Below are positions 1-10,038 of a stretch of 32,000 bases of DNA, one piece after another. Source of the stretch: Vibrio vulnificus CMCP6 (GTDB lineage: Bacteria; Pseudomonadota; Gammaproteobacteria; Enterobacterales; Vibrionaceae). The notes beneath the pieces are model-generated. The model searched no databases, was not told the DNA's origin, and saw nothing but the letters and a program-made list of their open reading frames with translations. The stretch spans positions 270,001 through 302,000 of the forward strand of contig NC_004459.3 of assembly GCF_000039765.1 (NCBI RefSeq), given 5' to 3'. A program made the position numbers and the translations under genes. Positions within the stretch are counted from its first letter, which is position 1. Every line of letters begins with the position of its first letter.

Positions 1-1059
1 CCACTTCTTCTAGGCATTTTGGCCCTGATGGGGTTTGGCTTAGTTGTGATGTACAGTGCCAGCGGGCAAAGTTTGGCGATGATGGATCGCCAAGCGATGC
101 GCATGGCACTCTCTATCGTGGTGATGCTCGTGTTAGCGCAAATTTCACCACGCACCTACGAATCGTTAGCCCCTTTAATGTTTGTTGGCGGCGTAATCCT
201 TCTTCTTGGCGTACTCTTTTTCGGTGAAGCGTCAAAAGGAGCTCAACGCTGGTTGAATCTTGGTTTCGTCCGCTTTCAGCCCTCAGAGCTGCTTAAACTG
301 GCGGTACCATTAATGGTAGCGCGCTTCATTGGTAAACGGCCGCTGCCTCCCACCTTCCAAACCTTGTGTATCGCATTGGTGATGGTGTTCATTCCGACCA
401 TTTTGATCGCCAAACAACCTGACCTCGGCACTTCGATTCTGATTGCGGCCTCGGGTATTTTCGTTATCTTCTTAGCGGGGATCAGCTGGCGCATTATTGG
501 TGCGGCAGCGGTGGCGTTAGCCGCATTTATCCCAATTTTGTGGTTCTTCTTGATGCGCGAGTATCAGAAAGTGCGTGTCAGGACCCTTTTTAATCCTGAG
601 TCAGATCCTCTTGGTGCGGGCTATCATATTATTCAGAGTAAAATCGCCATCGGTTCTGGCGGCATATCTGGTAAGGGCTGGCTGCAAGGGACACAGTCTC
701 AACTCGAATTTCTTCCTGAGCGACATACCGACTTCATCTTTGCGGTGATTGCCGAAGAATGGGGCATGATTGGCTTCTTACTGCTGCTGTCGCTGTACCT
801 ATTCATCATCGGTCGTGGGCTTTACTTAGCGTCTCAAGCACAAACGGCGTTTGGCCGTATGATGGCAGGCAGTGTTGTGTTGAGCTTTTTCGTTTACATC
901 TTTGTTAACATCGGCATGGTCAGCGGTATCTTGCCCGTTGTGGGGGTACCACTGCCACTCATCAGTTATGGCGGTACTTCCATGGTGACCTTGATGGCGG
1001 GCTTCGGTATTCTGATGTCTATCCATACTCACCGTAAAGCATTCTCAAAGGCAAATTAA
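1..1059 (+). CDS. rodA: Peptidoglycan glycosyltransferase RodA (SEDS family); 5' end cut by the window edge
   Basis: The frame is open from base 1, and the track ORF at 19 begins at an internal TTG. It is a polytopic membrane protein with SEDS-like segments ([27 protein letters not shown]). The rodA-rlpA-dacA-ybeD-lipB-lipA synteny matches enteric and Vibrio genomes. Confidence 0.9.
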   Translation, partial: PLLLGILALMGFGLVVMYSASGQSLAMMDRQAMRMALSIVVMLVLAQISPRTYESLAPLMFVGGVILLLGVLFFGEASKGAQRWLNLGFVRFQPSELLKLAVPLMVARFIGKRPLPPTFQTLCIALVMVFIPTILIAKQPDLGTSILIAASGIFVIFLAGISWRIIGAAAVALAAFIPILWFFLMREYQKVRVRTLFNPESDPLGAGYHIIQSKIAIGSGGISGKGWLQGTQSQLEFLPERHTDFIFAVIAEEWGMIGFLLLLSLYLFIIGRGLYLASQAQTAFGRMMAGSVVLSFFVYIFVNIGMVSGILPVVGVPLPLISYGGTSMVTLMAGFGILMSIHTHRKAFSKAN

Positions 1060-1853
1060 TGAATAAATCCATTGTTATCTTCAGTTTACTTTGCGGCGCG
1101 TCGCTTTTAGCGGGCTGTAGCTCTAAACCTGAGGGGCGCTATAGCCTAGAGTCAGATGTTGCACCTGACCAACCGATTTCCGTCGAGCATATCGAAGATG
1201 CCCACCCACGTTATGAGCCATACAGCTTAGGTGGAAACAAAGATTACACTTTGCGCGGTCAAGACTACAAAATTGTGCGCGATGTAAAAGGGTTTAAAGA
1301 GTCTGGTATTGCCTCTTGGTACGGTAAAAAATTCCAAGGCCATCTCACCTCAAATGGTGAAATCTACGATATGTACTCGATGACCGCAGCACATAAAACC
1401 TTGCCATTGCCAAGTTACGTGAAGGTGACCAACAAAGACAATGGCAAAAGCACCATTGTGCGGGTGAACGATCGTGGTCCTTTCCACGAAGGACGTATCA
1501 TTGACCTGAGCTACGCCGCCGCTTACAAACTGGATGTACTAAAAACGGGCACCGCCAATGTGGAAATTGAAGTATTGAACTTTGAACCACCAACCGATGC
1601 TAAAGCGCTGGAAAATCATCCCAAATATTTCATTCAAGTATTAAGTTCAAAATCTGCCGAACGAGCGAGAACTTTAGGACAAGATCTTGGTCAAAGCCTG
1701 AATGTAGACTCTTTCTTAGAAAGCACCGACGATACACATCGTCTCATGTTGGGGCCATTTACTGACTTTACGCTGACGCAACAGATCTTGGATCAGGTTA
1801 AGTTGGCGGGTCATGAAAGCGCCTTCATCAGAAAGCGAGCCATAACTCGTTGA
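1059..1853 (+). CDS. rlpA: Septal ring lytic transglycosylase RlpA (lipoprotein; DPBB plus C-terminal SPOR domain)
   Basis: A lipobox LLAGC is present. The DPBB core reads ASWYGKKFQGHLTSNGEIYD...VRVNDRGPF. The C-terminus is SPOR-like. The ATG overlaps the rodA stop (TAATG). Confidence 0.9.
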   Translation: MNKSIVIFSLLCGASLLAGCSSKPEGRYSLESDVAPDQPISVEHIEDAHPRYEPYSLGGNKDYTLRGQDYKIVRDVKGFKESGIASWYGKKFQGHLTSNGEIYDMYSMTAAHKTLPLPSYVKVTNKDNGKSTIVRVNDRGPFHEGRIIDLSYAAAYKLDVLKTGTANVEIEVLNFEPPTDAKALENHPKYFIQVLSSKSAERARTLGQDLGQSLNVDSFLESTDDTHRLMLGPFTDFTLTQQILDQVKLAGHESAFIRKRAITR

Positions 1854-1945
1854 CAACTGACACGACACTTTCTAGTGTTAGACGCTCTGACTTACAGTGC
1901 GAATCTGTTAAGATATGGACAATTAACCAAAAAAATTGAATTACC

Positions 1946-3127
1946 ATGAACAAAACAACAAAAATTGTGAAATCCACTCTCGTTTCTTCCCTTGCACTTT
2001 CTGCAACGCTGGCTTACTCAGTTTCTGCTGCTCCAGTTGTGGTGCCTGACGCGCCACAAATCGCAGCTAAAGGTTTTGTTCTAATGGACTACCATTCAGG
2101 CAAAGTCCTGGCTGAAAAAGAGATGAACACTAAGCTCTCTCCAGCCAGCTTGACCAAAATGATGACCAGCTACGTGATTGGCCAAGAGCTTGAACGTGGC
2201 AACATCAGCCTAGAAGATGACGTAGTCGTCAGTAAAAACGCTTGGGCGAAGAACTTCCCTGACTCTTCAAAAATGTTTATCGAAGTGGGCACCACGGTAA
2301 AAGTAAAAGATCTTAACCGTGGCATCATCATCCAATCCGGTAACGACGCCTGTGTGGCCATGGCAGAACATATTGCGGGTTCAGAAGATGCGTTTGTTGA
2401 TCTCATGAACGCTTGGGCAAGTTCTATTGGCATGACCAACACACATTTTGCCAACGTACATGGTTTGGATAACGCCAACCTATACTCAACGCCGTACGAC
2501 ATGGCGCTCCTTGGTCAAGCATTGATCCGTGATGTGCCGGATGAATACCGTATCTACTCAGAGCAAAAATTTACTTACAACGGCATTACCCAGTACAACC
2601 GTAACGGTCTGTTGTGGGATAAAAGCATGAATGTGGATGGCATCAAAACGGGCCACACAAGCAATGCAGGTTACAGCCTAGTAAGTTCTGCCACTGAAGG
2701 TAAGATGCGTCTTATCGCTGTCGTCATGGGCACCAAAGACATGAACGCACGTAAGTCAGAAAGTAAGAAACTTCTGAGTTACGGCTTCCGTTTCTTCGAA
2801 ACCGTTGCGCCGCACAAAGCCGGTGAAACTTTCGTCGAAGAAAAAATCTGGATGGGTAACAAAGACACCCTAGCATTGGGCGTTAATGAAGACACTTACG
2901 TCACGCTACCTCGTGGTCAAGCGAAAAACCTCACCGCCAGTTTTGTACTTGAAAAAGAACTTCAAGCTCCGATTAAGAAAGGCGATGTGGTTGGTAAGCT
3001 TTACTACCAAGTCGATGGTGAAGATGTGGCTCAGTACCCACTACTGGCTCTTGAGTCTGTAGATGAAGGCAGCCTATTCAGCCGTCTTTGGGATTATCTA
3101 GTACTGCTATTTAAGAGCCTGTTCTAA
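1946..3127 (+). CDS. dacA: D-alanyl-D-alanine carboxypeptidase (PBP5/6 class)
   Basis: A signal peptide is present, together with the SxxK (SLTK), SGN and KTG motifs and a C-terminal amphipathic anchor. Confidence 0.9.
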   Translation: MNKTTKIVKSTLVSSLALSATLAYSVSAAPVVVPDAPQIAAKGFVLMDYHSGKVLAEKEMNTKLSPASLTKMMTSYVIGQELERGNISLEDDVVVSKNAWAKNFPDSSKMFIEVGTTVKVKDLNRGIIIQSGNDACVAMAEHIAGSEDAFVDLMNAWASSIGMTNTHFANVHGLDNANLYSTPYDMALLGQALIRDVPDEYRIYSEQKFTYNGITQYNRNGLLWDKSMNVDGIKTGHTSNAGYSLVSSATEGKMRLIAVVMGTKDMNARKSESKKLLSYGFRFFETVAPHKAGETFVEEKIWMGNKDTLALGVNEDTYVTLPRGQAKNLTASFVLEKELQAPIKKGDVVGKLYYQVDGEDVAQYPLLALESVDEGSLFSRLWDYLVLLFKSLF

Positions 3128-3150
3128 TTTCAAAACAGACTGTTAGCCTA

Positions 3151-3175
3151 AAGCCGCCAATTTGGCGGCTTTGTT
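3151..3175 (+). terminator. Rho-independent terminator after dacA
   Basis: A GC-rich stem AAGCCGCC / GGCGGCTT is followed by a T-rich run. Confidence 0.6.
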
Positions 3176-3249
3176 GTACTTGAGTTCACATAAAACAGAC
3201 GTTACTATTGCGCCCCGCATAACCGAATATCTAACTGGAGTTATCCTCA

Positions 3250-3528
3250 ATGCTCACCATCAACTCTGATGCCAAACTGAAAGATCTTCTTGAGTTCCCT
3301 TGTTCATTTACATACAAGGTAATGGGTTACGCAAAACCTGAACTGCCAGAGAAAGTGTTGGAAGTGATTCAGCGCCATGCTCCTGGAGATTACAGCCCTG
3401 CAGTAAAACCTAGTGCAAAAGGTAACTATCACTCGGTTTCTATCAACATCACTGCCACCTCTATCGAGCAGGTTGAAACGCTGTACAAAGAGCTTGGCGA
3501 AATCGACATTGTACGCATGGTTCTATAA
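3250..3528 (+). CDS. ybeD: YbeD/DUF493 family protein
   Basis: It encodes 92 aa, with an [13 protein letters not shown] motif typical of YbeD. It holds the conserved position between dacA and lipB. Confidence 0.85.
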   Translation: MLTINSDAKLKDLLEFPCSFTYKVMGYAKPELPEKVLEVIQRHAPGDYSPAVKPSAKGNYHSVSINITATSIEQVETLYKELGEIDIVRMVL

Positions 3529-3553
3529 TTTTTTGATAAATTAAATTTTTTTT

Positions 3554-3580
3554 GAAAGCAGCTTATGGCTGCTTTCTTTA
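3554..3580 (+). terminator. Rho-independent terminator after ybeD
   Basis: The stem GAAAGCAGC / GCTGCTTTC is followed by TTTAT. Confidence 0.6.
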
Positions 3581-3706
3581 TATTTATCAGAGAGATAAAA
3601 ACCTAAGCACGACCAAATGCGTTAAATAGTTGTGAAACAAATATAGTTCCCAACCGTGAACAGGTTTATAATGCAAAAACTTTACTAAGCGATAACAGGA
3701 AATATC

Positions 3707-4363
3707 ATGCAAAACCAATTAGTTGTAAAACGACTTGGCCGTCGAGATTACCTGCCAGTATGGCAAGCAATGCATGAATTTACTGATACACGCAACGAGG
3801 AAACACCGGATGAAGTGTGGCTGGTTGAACACAACCCCGTTTTTACCCAAGGCCAAGCGGGTAAAGCAGAACATCTTCTCAATACCGGTGATATTCCTGT
3901 TGTGCAAAGCGATCGTGGCGGACAAGTGACTTATCATGGACCCGGTCAACTGGTGGCCTATTTCCTCATCAACCTACGTCGCAAAAAATTGGGTGTGCGA
4001 GATCTCGTCACGACTATCGAGAACCTCGTAATCAATACGCTTAAAGCATACAATATCGACTCCGCAGCCAGACCGGATGCACCCGGCGTTTACGTCGAGG
4101 GTAGAAAGATATGTTCGTTAGGTCTGCGCATCCGAAAAGGATGCTCTTTCCACGGGCTCGCACTCAACGTAAATATGGACCTTTCCCCTTTCTTGAGAAT
4201 TAACCCATGTGGTTATCAAGGCATGGAGATGGTTCAGGTGAGTGAGCTTGGTGGCCCTAAGGACATCGCTCTCGTTGAGCAACAATTAGTCAAAGAACTG
4301 GTAAATTTGCTTGGTTATGAGCAAGTTGAATTCAGCACAGAAGCAGAAGTAAGAGAAGCATGA
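3707..4363 (+). CDS. lipB: Octanoyltransferase LipB
   Basis: LipB-like motifs are present ([14 protein letters not shown], and KICSLG with the catalytic Cys region). A 4-nt ATGA overlap joins it to lipA. Confidence 0.93.
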   Translation: MQNQLVVKRLGRRDYLPVWQAMHEFTDTRNEETPDEVWLVEHNPVFTQGQAGKAEHLLNTGDIPVVQSDRGGQVTYHGPGQLVAYFLINLRRKKLGVRDLVTTIENLVINTLKAYNIDSAARPDAPGVYVEGRKICSLGLRIRKGCSFHGLALNVNMDLSPFLRINPCGYQGMEMVQVSELGGPKDIALVEQQLVKELVNLLGYEQVEFSTEAEVREA

Positions 4364-5325
4364 GTAAACCAATCCAGATGGAAAAAGGCGTTAAATACCG
4401 TGACGCCGACAAAATGGCTCTGATTCCCGTCAAGAACATGCCGACAGAGCAAAAAGAGGTCCTACGCAAGCCTGATTGGATGAAGATCAAGTTGCCTGCA
4501 GATAGCCAACGCATTCAAGATATTAAATCCGCTATGCGTAAAAACAATCTGCACTCGGTTTGTGAAGAGGCTTCTTGTCCAAACTTGGCGGAGTGCTTCA
4601 ACCACGGTACGGCAACCTTTATGATTCTAGGTGCCATTTGTACACGCCGTTGTCCATTCTGTGATGTTGCCCATGGCCGACCTCTTCCTCCAGAAGCAGA
4701 AGAACCCACGAAGCTGGCAAAAACCATTGCCGACATGAAACTCAAATACGTGGTGATTACCTCCGTAGACCGCGACGATCTGCGTGACGGTGGGGCAAAA
4801 CATTTTGCCGATTGTAACCGTGAAATTCGCGCTCAAAGCCCACATATTCGTATCGAAACATTGGTTCCTGATTTCCGTGGTCGTATGGACGTGGCACTAG
4901 AAGCACTAAAAGATAACCCGCCAGACGTCTTCAACCACAACTTGGAAACGGCACCACGCCTGTACCGTAAGGTGCGTCCAGGGGCAAACTACCAATGGTC
5001 ACTGGATCTTCTGAAGAAATTCAAAGAGCAGCATCCTGATGTCCCAACCAAATCGGGACTCATGATGGGTTTAGGTGAAACCAAAGAAGAGATCGTTGAA
5101 GTGCTCAAAGATCTTCGTGCGCATGGTGTGACCATGCTGACACTCGGCCAATACCTTGCTCCAAGTCGCCACCATCTTCCGGTAGAGCGTTACGTTCCAC
5201 CAGCAGAATTTGATGAGCTCAAAGAGATTGCTCTGGAACTCGGTTTCACTCATGCAGCTTGTGGTCCATTTGTGCGTTCGTCTTATCATGCTGATATGCA
5301 GGCGCAAGGCTTAGAAGTCAAATAG
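4360..5325 (+). CDS. lipA: Lipoyl synthase LipA (radical SAM)
   Basis: It carries the [12 protein letters not shown] auxiliary cluster motif and the [10 protein letters not shown] radical-SAM CxxxCxxC motif. Length is 321 aa. Confidence 0.95.
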   Translation: MSKPIQMEKGVKYRDADKMALIPVKNMPTEQKEVLRKPDWMKIKLPADSQRIQDIKSAMRKNNLHSVCEEASCPNLAECFNHGTATFMILGAICTRRCPFCDVAHGRPLPPEAEEPTKLAKTIADMKLKYVVITSVDRDDLRDGGAKHFADCNREIRAQSPHIRIETLVPDFRGRMDVALEALKDNPPDVFNHNLETAPRLYRKVRPGANYQWSLDLLKKFKEQHPDVPTKSGLMMGLGETKEEIVEVLKDLRAHGVTMLTLGQYLAPSRHHLPVERYVPPAEFDELKEIALELGFTHAACGPFVRSSYHADMQAQGLEVK

Positions 5326-5352
5326 GCCAAATCACTGATTGCCTCGAAAAAC

Positions 5353-5385
5353 AAAAAGCTGGTATTGATAACCAGCTTTTTATTT
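5353..5385 (+). terminator. Rho-independent terminator after lipA
   Basis: The stem AGCTGGT-attgata-ACCAGCT is followed by TTTTTATTT. Confidence 0.7.
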
Positions 5386-5524
5386 GTCTTAAATCTTTGT
5401 CTATCCAGCCTTCACGACATGAATTGCTTGTCATCTATTGGTCAATTCTATAGGCTTGATGCAAACGTATATCCATCGCATTGCGTATGGCATTCTAAAT
5501 TTTCAAAAAAGTAGGATTGATTAG

Positions 5525-5860
5525 ATGAACAAATTAGGTTTTATCACCCTATTCGCCTCGGCTCTTTTGGTTGGTTGTGCCCAACAAAACACCGCACAAG
5601 ATAACTACCGCGAAGCGTCCTTTGAGCTCTGCAATACCGAAGTAAAACTTTACTCAGTCAGTAAAGACGGACGTGTCCGTATTGTATGCGCTGATGGTGC
5701 GAAGTTTGCACTAAACAGTGAAGAGACATTGAATGTGATGCGTGATATCAATATCGATTACTGTGATGGCGAAGGCTTAGGCAAGTTTAGCGAAACCAAT
5801 AGCTACTACTCGTTCCAATGTAAATCAGGTTCGCTATTAAGCATTTCTAAAGACAAGTAA
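5525..5860 (+). CDS. Hypothetical small lipoprotein (111 aa; four further Cys)
   Basis: A signal peptide with lipobox LLVGC is present, with an AGGA-type RBS about 9 nt upstream. I recognise no family. Confidence 0.6.
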   Translation: MNKLGFITLFASALLVGCAQQNTAQDNYREASFELCNTEVKLYSVSKDGRVRIVCADGAKFALNSEETLNVMRDINIDYCDGEGLGKFSETNSYYSFQCKSGSLLSISKDK

Positions 5861-5942
5861 TAGCTCTCGCCACTCAAACACTCTTGGTTGAATGGTGACT
5901 TTTCTTGTTCCTTTTACTGTTTCGACGAAGAAATGTTAGAAG

Positions 5943-5971
5943 AAAAAAGGCTTCCATCCGGAAGCCTTTTT
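5943..5971. terminator. Bidirectional terminator between the lipoprotein gene and glyA
   Basis: The stem GGCTTCC-atcc-GGAAGCC is flanked by an A-run upstream and a T-run downstream. It could therefore serve both convergent genes. Confidence 0.7.
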
Positions 5972-5992
5972 GATGTTCAAGTAGCCAAAATC

Positions 5993-7243
5993 TTATGCGT
6001 AAACAGGTAGACGCTTACAGATTTCTAGTACTTTCTGTTTCGTTGCTTCGATAACCGCTTCATTGCCGATGTTATCTAATACGTCACACATCCAGTTTGC
6101 TAGCTCTTTCGCGTCCGCTTCCGTAAAGCCACGGCGAGTAATCGCAGGCGTACCAACACGAATACCCGAAGTGACAAATGGGCTACGAGGGTCGTTTGGT
6201 ACTGAGTTCTTGTTTACCGTGATGTTTGCTGCGCCTAGTGCCGCATCCGCATCTTTACCCGTGATGTCTTTGTCGATAAGGTCAACAAGGAACAGGTGGT
6301 TTTCTGTACCGTTAGATACGATTTTGTAACCGCGCTCTTGGAACTGAGCCACCATCGCTTTTGCATTTTTCACTACGCGCGCTTGGTAAGCTTTAAACTC
6401 AGGTTCCATCGCTTCTTTGAACGCTACTGCTTTACCAGCGATAACGTGCATCAGAGGGCCACCCTGACCACCAGGGAAAACGGCTGAGTTCAGTTTCTTG
6501 TACATGTCTTCGCCAGCGTTAGACAGGATAAGACCACCACGTGGACCTGCTAGCGTTTTGTGCGTTGTCGTCGTCACTACGTGTGCGTGAGGAACTGGTG
6601 TTGGATATTCACCTGCTGCGATAAGACCCGCAACGTGCGCCATATCGACGAATAGGTAAGCGTCAACTTTGTCCGCGATTTCACGCATACGCTTCCAATC
6701 AACGATTTGAGAGTACGCTGAGAAACCACCGATGATCATCTTAGGTTTGTGCTCAAGCGCTAGCGTTTCCATCTCGTCGTAGTTAATTTGACCCGCTTCA
6801 TCGATACCGTAAGGGATAACGTTGTAGTGCTTACCAGAGAAGTTAACTGGTGAGCCGTGCGTCAAGTGGCCACCGTGCGCAAGGCTCATACCTAATACAG
6901 TGTCGCCTGGGTTAAGCAGCGCCATATACACTGCACTGTTTGCTTGAGAACCTGAGTGAGGCTGTACGTTTGCATATTCACAACCGAACAACTGGCATGC
7001 GCGATCAATTGCGAGTGCTTCCGCTTTATCAACATATTCACAGCCACCGTAGTAACGCTTGCCTGGGTAGCCTTCAGCGTACTTATTGGTTAGCTGAGAG
7101 CCTTGAGCTTCCATTACACGTGGGCTTGTGTAGTTTTCTGAAGCGATCAGCTCGATGTGTTCTTCCTGGCGAAGAGTTTCTTCCTGGATAGCTGCGAATA
7201 GCTCCGCATCGTAATCAGCGATATTCATATCACGCTTAAGCAT
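5993..7243 (-). CDS. glyA: Serine hydroxymethyltransferase
   Basis: The PLP-lysine motif [14 protein letters not shown] is present. I chose the start at [12 protein letters not shown], which has AGGAG upstream and gives 416 aa. The 21 extra codons in the track ORF look spurious. Confidence 0.95.
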   Translation of the reverse strand: MLKRDMNIADYDAELFAAIQEETLRQEEHIELIASENYTSPRVMEAQGSQLTNKYAEGYPGKRYYGGCEYVDKAEALAIDRACQLFGCEYANVQPHSGSQANSAVYMALLNPGDTVLGMSLAHGGHLTHGSPVNFSGKHYNVIPYGIDEAGQINYDEMETLALEHKPKMIIGGFSAYSQIVDWKRMREIADKVDAYLFVDMAHVAGLIAAGEYPTPVPHAHVVTTTTHKTLAGPRGGLILSNAGEDMYKKLNSAVFPGGQGGPLMHVIAGKAVAFKEAMEPEFKAYQARVVKNAKAMVAQFQERGYKIVSNGTENHLFLVDLIDKDITGKDADAALGAANITVNKNSVPNDPRSPFVTSGIRVGTPAITRRGFTEADAKELANWMCDVLDNIGNEAVIEATKQKVLEICKRLPVYA

Positions 7244-7300
7244 CTGTATCTCCTGACTCAGATTTGACTGAAAGTTGCAAAAAAACTGGTTAATGACCCA

Positions 7301-7316
7301 ACGCAAACGTTTTCGT
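7301..7316. promoter_or_regulatory. PurR operator-like box ACGCAAACGTTTTCGT upstream of glyA
   Basis: The 16-mer is a near-perfect match to the PurR consensus as I remember it (ACGCAAACGTTTGCGT). It lies about 60-70 nt upstream of the glyA ATG, just downstream of a TATGGT -10-like hexamer. glyA belongs to the PurR regulon in E. coli. Confidence 0.6.
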
Positions 7317-7588
7317 CACCATAATGGCGCGCATTCTACATAATTTGATCCAGGTCATAAAGAGAAAATTCACTTTTCTCTATGCAGTTTCTTCATGATG
7401 ACATGTGAAAGATTTCATCTTGGCTTTGTCCTTAAGCGAAAATGCAATCTAAAGTGTCAATTTTGCGTTTCACACCCTGTAAAACAACAATTACATAGGT
7501 TTACCCTAATTTTAACCCGCTAGCTACCAAAAAGATCAGCTTTTTACTACTATGCACGCCCTTAATCGCAAATGAAATTTAACCACTG

Positions 7589-8188
7589 ATGGAAAAACAC
7601 TCACGTAGAGAAGACTGGATCGCCATATTGACCGGCACCTTCCTCGTCGCCCAAGGCGTCTTTTTTCTGCAATCAGCCAATCTACTGACAGGCGGGACAA
7701 CTGGGCTTGCTCTGTTAGTCACTCAGTTTACTCCATTCACTTTTGGAATGTTGTATTTTTTGGCGAACTGCCCTTTCTATTTATTGGCTTGGAAACGCTA
7801 TGGGCGTCGCTTTGCTTTTAATAGTGCCATTTCTGGTGGTTTAGTCTCGATTTTTGCCGATAACCTATATTTAGTAATCTCTGTTGAGCATATCAATGAA
7901 GTTTACTGCGCGATTGCGGGTGGGCTGTTAATGGGTCTAGGCATGCTTATCCTATTTCGTCATCGCTCCAGTTTGGGAGGCTTTAACGTGCTTTGCCTCT
8001 ACATCCAAGATAAATTTGGTGTTTCAGTGGGCAAATCGCAGATGGCAATTGATGCAACCATCCTATTTGCTTCCTTTTTCTTTGTCAGCCCGACCACGAT
8101 CGCACTGTCGATTCTCGGCGCTTTTGCGTTGAATTTAGTACTCGCGATGAATCATAAGCCGCATCGATACTCGGTTCGTTATCAGTAA
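7589..8188 (+). CDS. YitT/YczE-family (DUF161-type) integral membrane protein
   Basis: The 199-aa product is multi-TM, with GGTTGLALL and GGFNVL motifs typical of this family. It lacks the C-terminal DUF2179 extension. Confidence 0.65.
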   Translation: MEKHSRREDWIAILTGTFLVAQGVFFLQSANLLTGGTTGLALLVTQFTPFTFGMLYFLANCPFYLLAWKRYGRRFAFNSAISGGLVSIFADNLYLVISVEHINEVYCAIAGGLLMGLGMLILFRHRSSLGGFNVLCLYIQDKFGVSVGKSQMAIDATILFASFFFVSPTTIALSILGAFALNLVLAMNHKPHRYSVRYQ

Positions 8189-8204
8189 TTTGTTTTACCC
8201 TGCA

Positions 8205-8238
8205 ACAAAAAAAGGCTTTGGAACTTCCAAAGCCTTTG
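8205..8238. terminator. Hairpin terminator between the yitT-like gene and treC (convergent)
   Basis: The palindrome GGCTTTGGAA / TTCCAAAGCC has an A-run upstream and TTT downstream. Confidence 0.6.
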
Positions 8239-8286
8239 AACGTATTAGGGGTGTGCCGTTAGCGTTCTTTATAACCAACAACAAAC

Positions 8287-9972
8287 TTAACGTTCAATCA
8301 AGAGAATACGAGTCTCGTAAGGTTTGAGCACTTGGTGATGCGAAGCCATGGCACTCGGTTGATTTTGGTAGTTAGACAGCAAACATTTCGCTTTACGCAT
8401 GTCGAGATCCAATGGCAACACGCACTCTACTTCTTCCCCGTAGTAGTTATTGATGCACACCAGTTGCTGAGCCGCACTGGTCCGTGCATAAGCAAACACA
8501 CTCTGATGCTCGGGTAATAAGTCTTGATAATCACCTTGGGTGATCACTGGCTCTTCTTTACGCAGTTCAATCAATCGCTTATAGAAATAGAACACCGAAT
8601 TGAGATCCGCCACCGCCGCTTCCGCGTTGATCTTCGGGTAGTTACTCGCCACCGCTAACCAAGGTTCTCCTTGCGTAAATCCTGCGTGTTTTTCTTCTGA
8701 CCACTGCATTGGGGTGCGTGAATTATCACGAGACTTTTGTGCCAAAATTGCCATCATTTCGTCATGGTCAATTCCTTGCTGCTCAACCATGATCTGATAC
8801 ATGTTGGTGCTTTCAACATCACGATACTGTTCAATCGCTGTATACCCTGGGTTGGTCATGCCAATTTCTTCGCCTTGATAAACATAAGGCGTGCCTTGCA
8901 TCATATGAACCGAGGCAGCCAACATTTTTGCCGATTCAACGCGATACACTTGATCGTTGCCCAAACGGCTCACGATACGTGGCTGATCATGGTTACACCA
9001 AAAGAGCGCTCCCCACCCTTTCCCATTCAGGCCGGTTTGCCAATGATTAAAAATCTGTTTGAGCTGGAGAAAGTCAAATGGTGCCTTGGTCCATTTTTCA
9101 CCATTTGAATAATCCACTTTCAGGTGATGGAAATTGAACACCATGGAAAGCTCTTTGCCATCAAGTGAGGAGTACTGCTGACAATGCTCTAAGGTTGTCG
9201 ATGACATCTCACCCACTGTCACACTGCCATACTTTTGGAAAACGGCTTGACTGATCTCTTGGAGATAGTCGTGCACACGCGGTCCATCAGTATAGAAACG
9301 ACGCCCATCGCCAATCTCATCGTCGCAAAAATCTTGTTGCTTCGAAATCAGATTGATGACGTCCAGACGAAATCCGTCGACGCCTTTTTCCGCCCAAAAA
9401 CGAATAACATTTTTCACTTCCTCACGAACCGTGGGATTTTCCCAATTGAGATCGGCCTGCTCTTTGGCGAAAAGGTGCAGATAATATTGGCCCGTTTGTT
9501 CATCCAGCGCCCAAGCGCTGCCGCCAAACTTAGACTGCCAATTATTGGGCACTTTTCCTTCCACTGGGTCTTTCCAGATGTAGTAATCCCGATACGGACT
9601 GTTTTTGTTACCCAGTGCCGATTGAAACCAAGCGTGTTCGGTCGAGGTGTGGTTCACCACAATGTCCATGATAAGACGGATTCCAAGCTGATGCGCTTTC
9701 TCGAGCAATTCATCAAAATCAGCCATCGTGCCAAACTGAGGATTAATTCGGTAGTAATCCGAAATGTCGTATCCATTATCGACCATCGGCGATTGGTAAA
9801 CCGGCGTTAGCCAGATTGCATCAATACCGAGATGCTTCAAATATTCCAACTTAGAGATGATGCCTTGAATATCTCCCGTCCCCTTTGCCCCGCTGTCGCA
9901 AAAACTTTTTGGGTAGATTTGATAGATAGTGGCGGTTTTCCACCAATGTGCATCTGTGTTACGTGTTGTCAT
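8287..9972 (-). CDS. treC: Trehalose-6-phosphate hydrolase (GH13)
   Basis: GH13 catalytic regions are present (DGFRLDVIN, GEMSS, FNFHH, NHDQPR). It lies downstream of treB. Confidence 0.9.
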   Translation of the reverse strand: MTTRNTDAHWWKTATIYQIYPKSFCDSGAKGTGDIQGIISKLEYLKHLGIDAIWLTPVYQSPMVDNGYDISDYYRINPQFGTMADFDELLEKAHQLGIRLIMDIVVNHTSTEHAWFQSALGNKNSPYRDYYIWKDPVEGKVPNNWQSKFGGSAWALDEQTGQYYLHLFAKEQADLNWENPTVREEVKNVIRFWAEKGVDGFRLDVINLISKQQDFCDDEIGDGRRFYTDGPRVHDYLQEISQAVFQKYGSVTVGEMSSTTLEHCQQYSSLDGKELSMVFNFHHLKVDYSNGEKWTKAPFDFLQLKQIFNHWQTGLNGKGWGALFWCNHDQPRIVSRLGNDQVYRVESAKMLAASVHMMQGTPYVYQGEEIGMTNPGYTAIEQYRDVESTNMYQIMVEQQGIDHDEMMAILAQKSRDNSRTPMQWSEEKHAGFTQGEPWLAVASNYPKINAEAAVADLNSVFYFYKRLIELRKEEPVITQGDYQDLLPEHQSVFAYARTSAAQQLVCINNYYGEEVECVLPLDLDMRKAKCLLSNYQNQPSAMASHHQVLKPYETRILLIER

Positions 9973-10038
9973 GGTAAAGACTCACTTACCGAAGAGAAAC
10001 AAAGCGGAGTGGCCATTCGCCACTCCAAATCGATGAAA

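Noticed and set aside
5461-5495. GCAAACGT half-site (PurR-like) upstream of the lipoprotein gene
   Set aside because: Only the left half matches the PurR consensus; the right half does not. This is probably coincidental.
9235-9810. 191-aa ORF on the plus strand inside treC, plus 8737..9108 and 8332..8517
   Set aside because: These are antisense to a gene with unmistakable GH13 motifs. Their composition is low-complexity and they have no RBS or motifs. They look like typical shadow ORFs.
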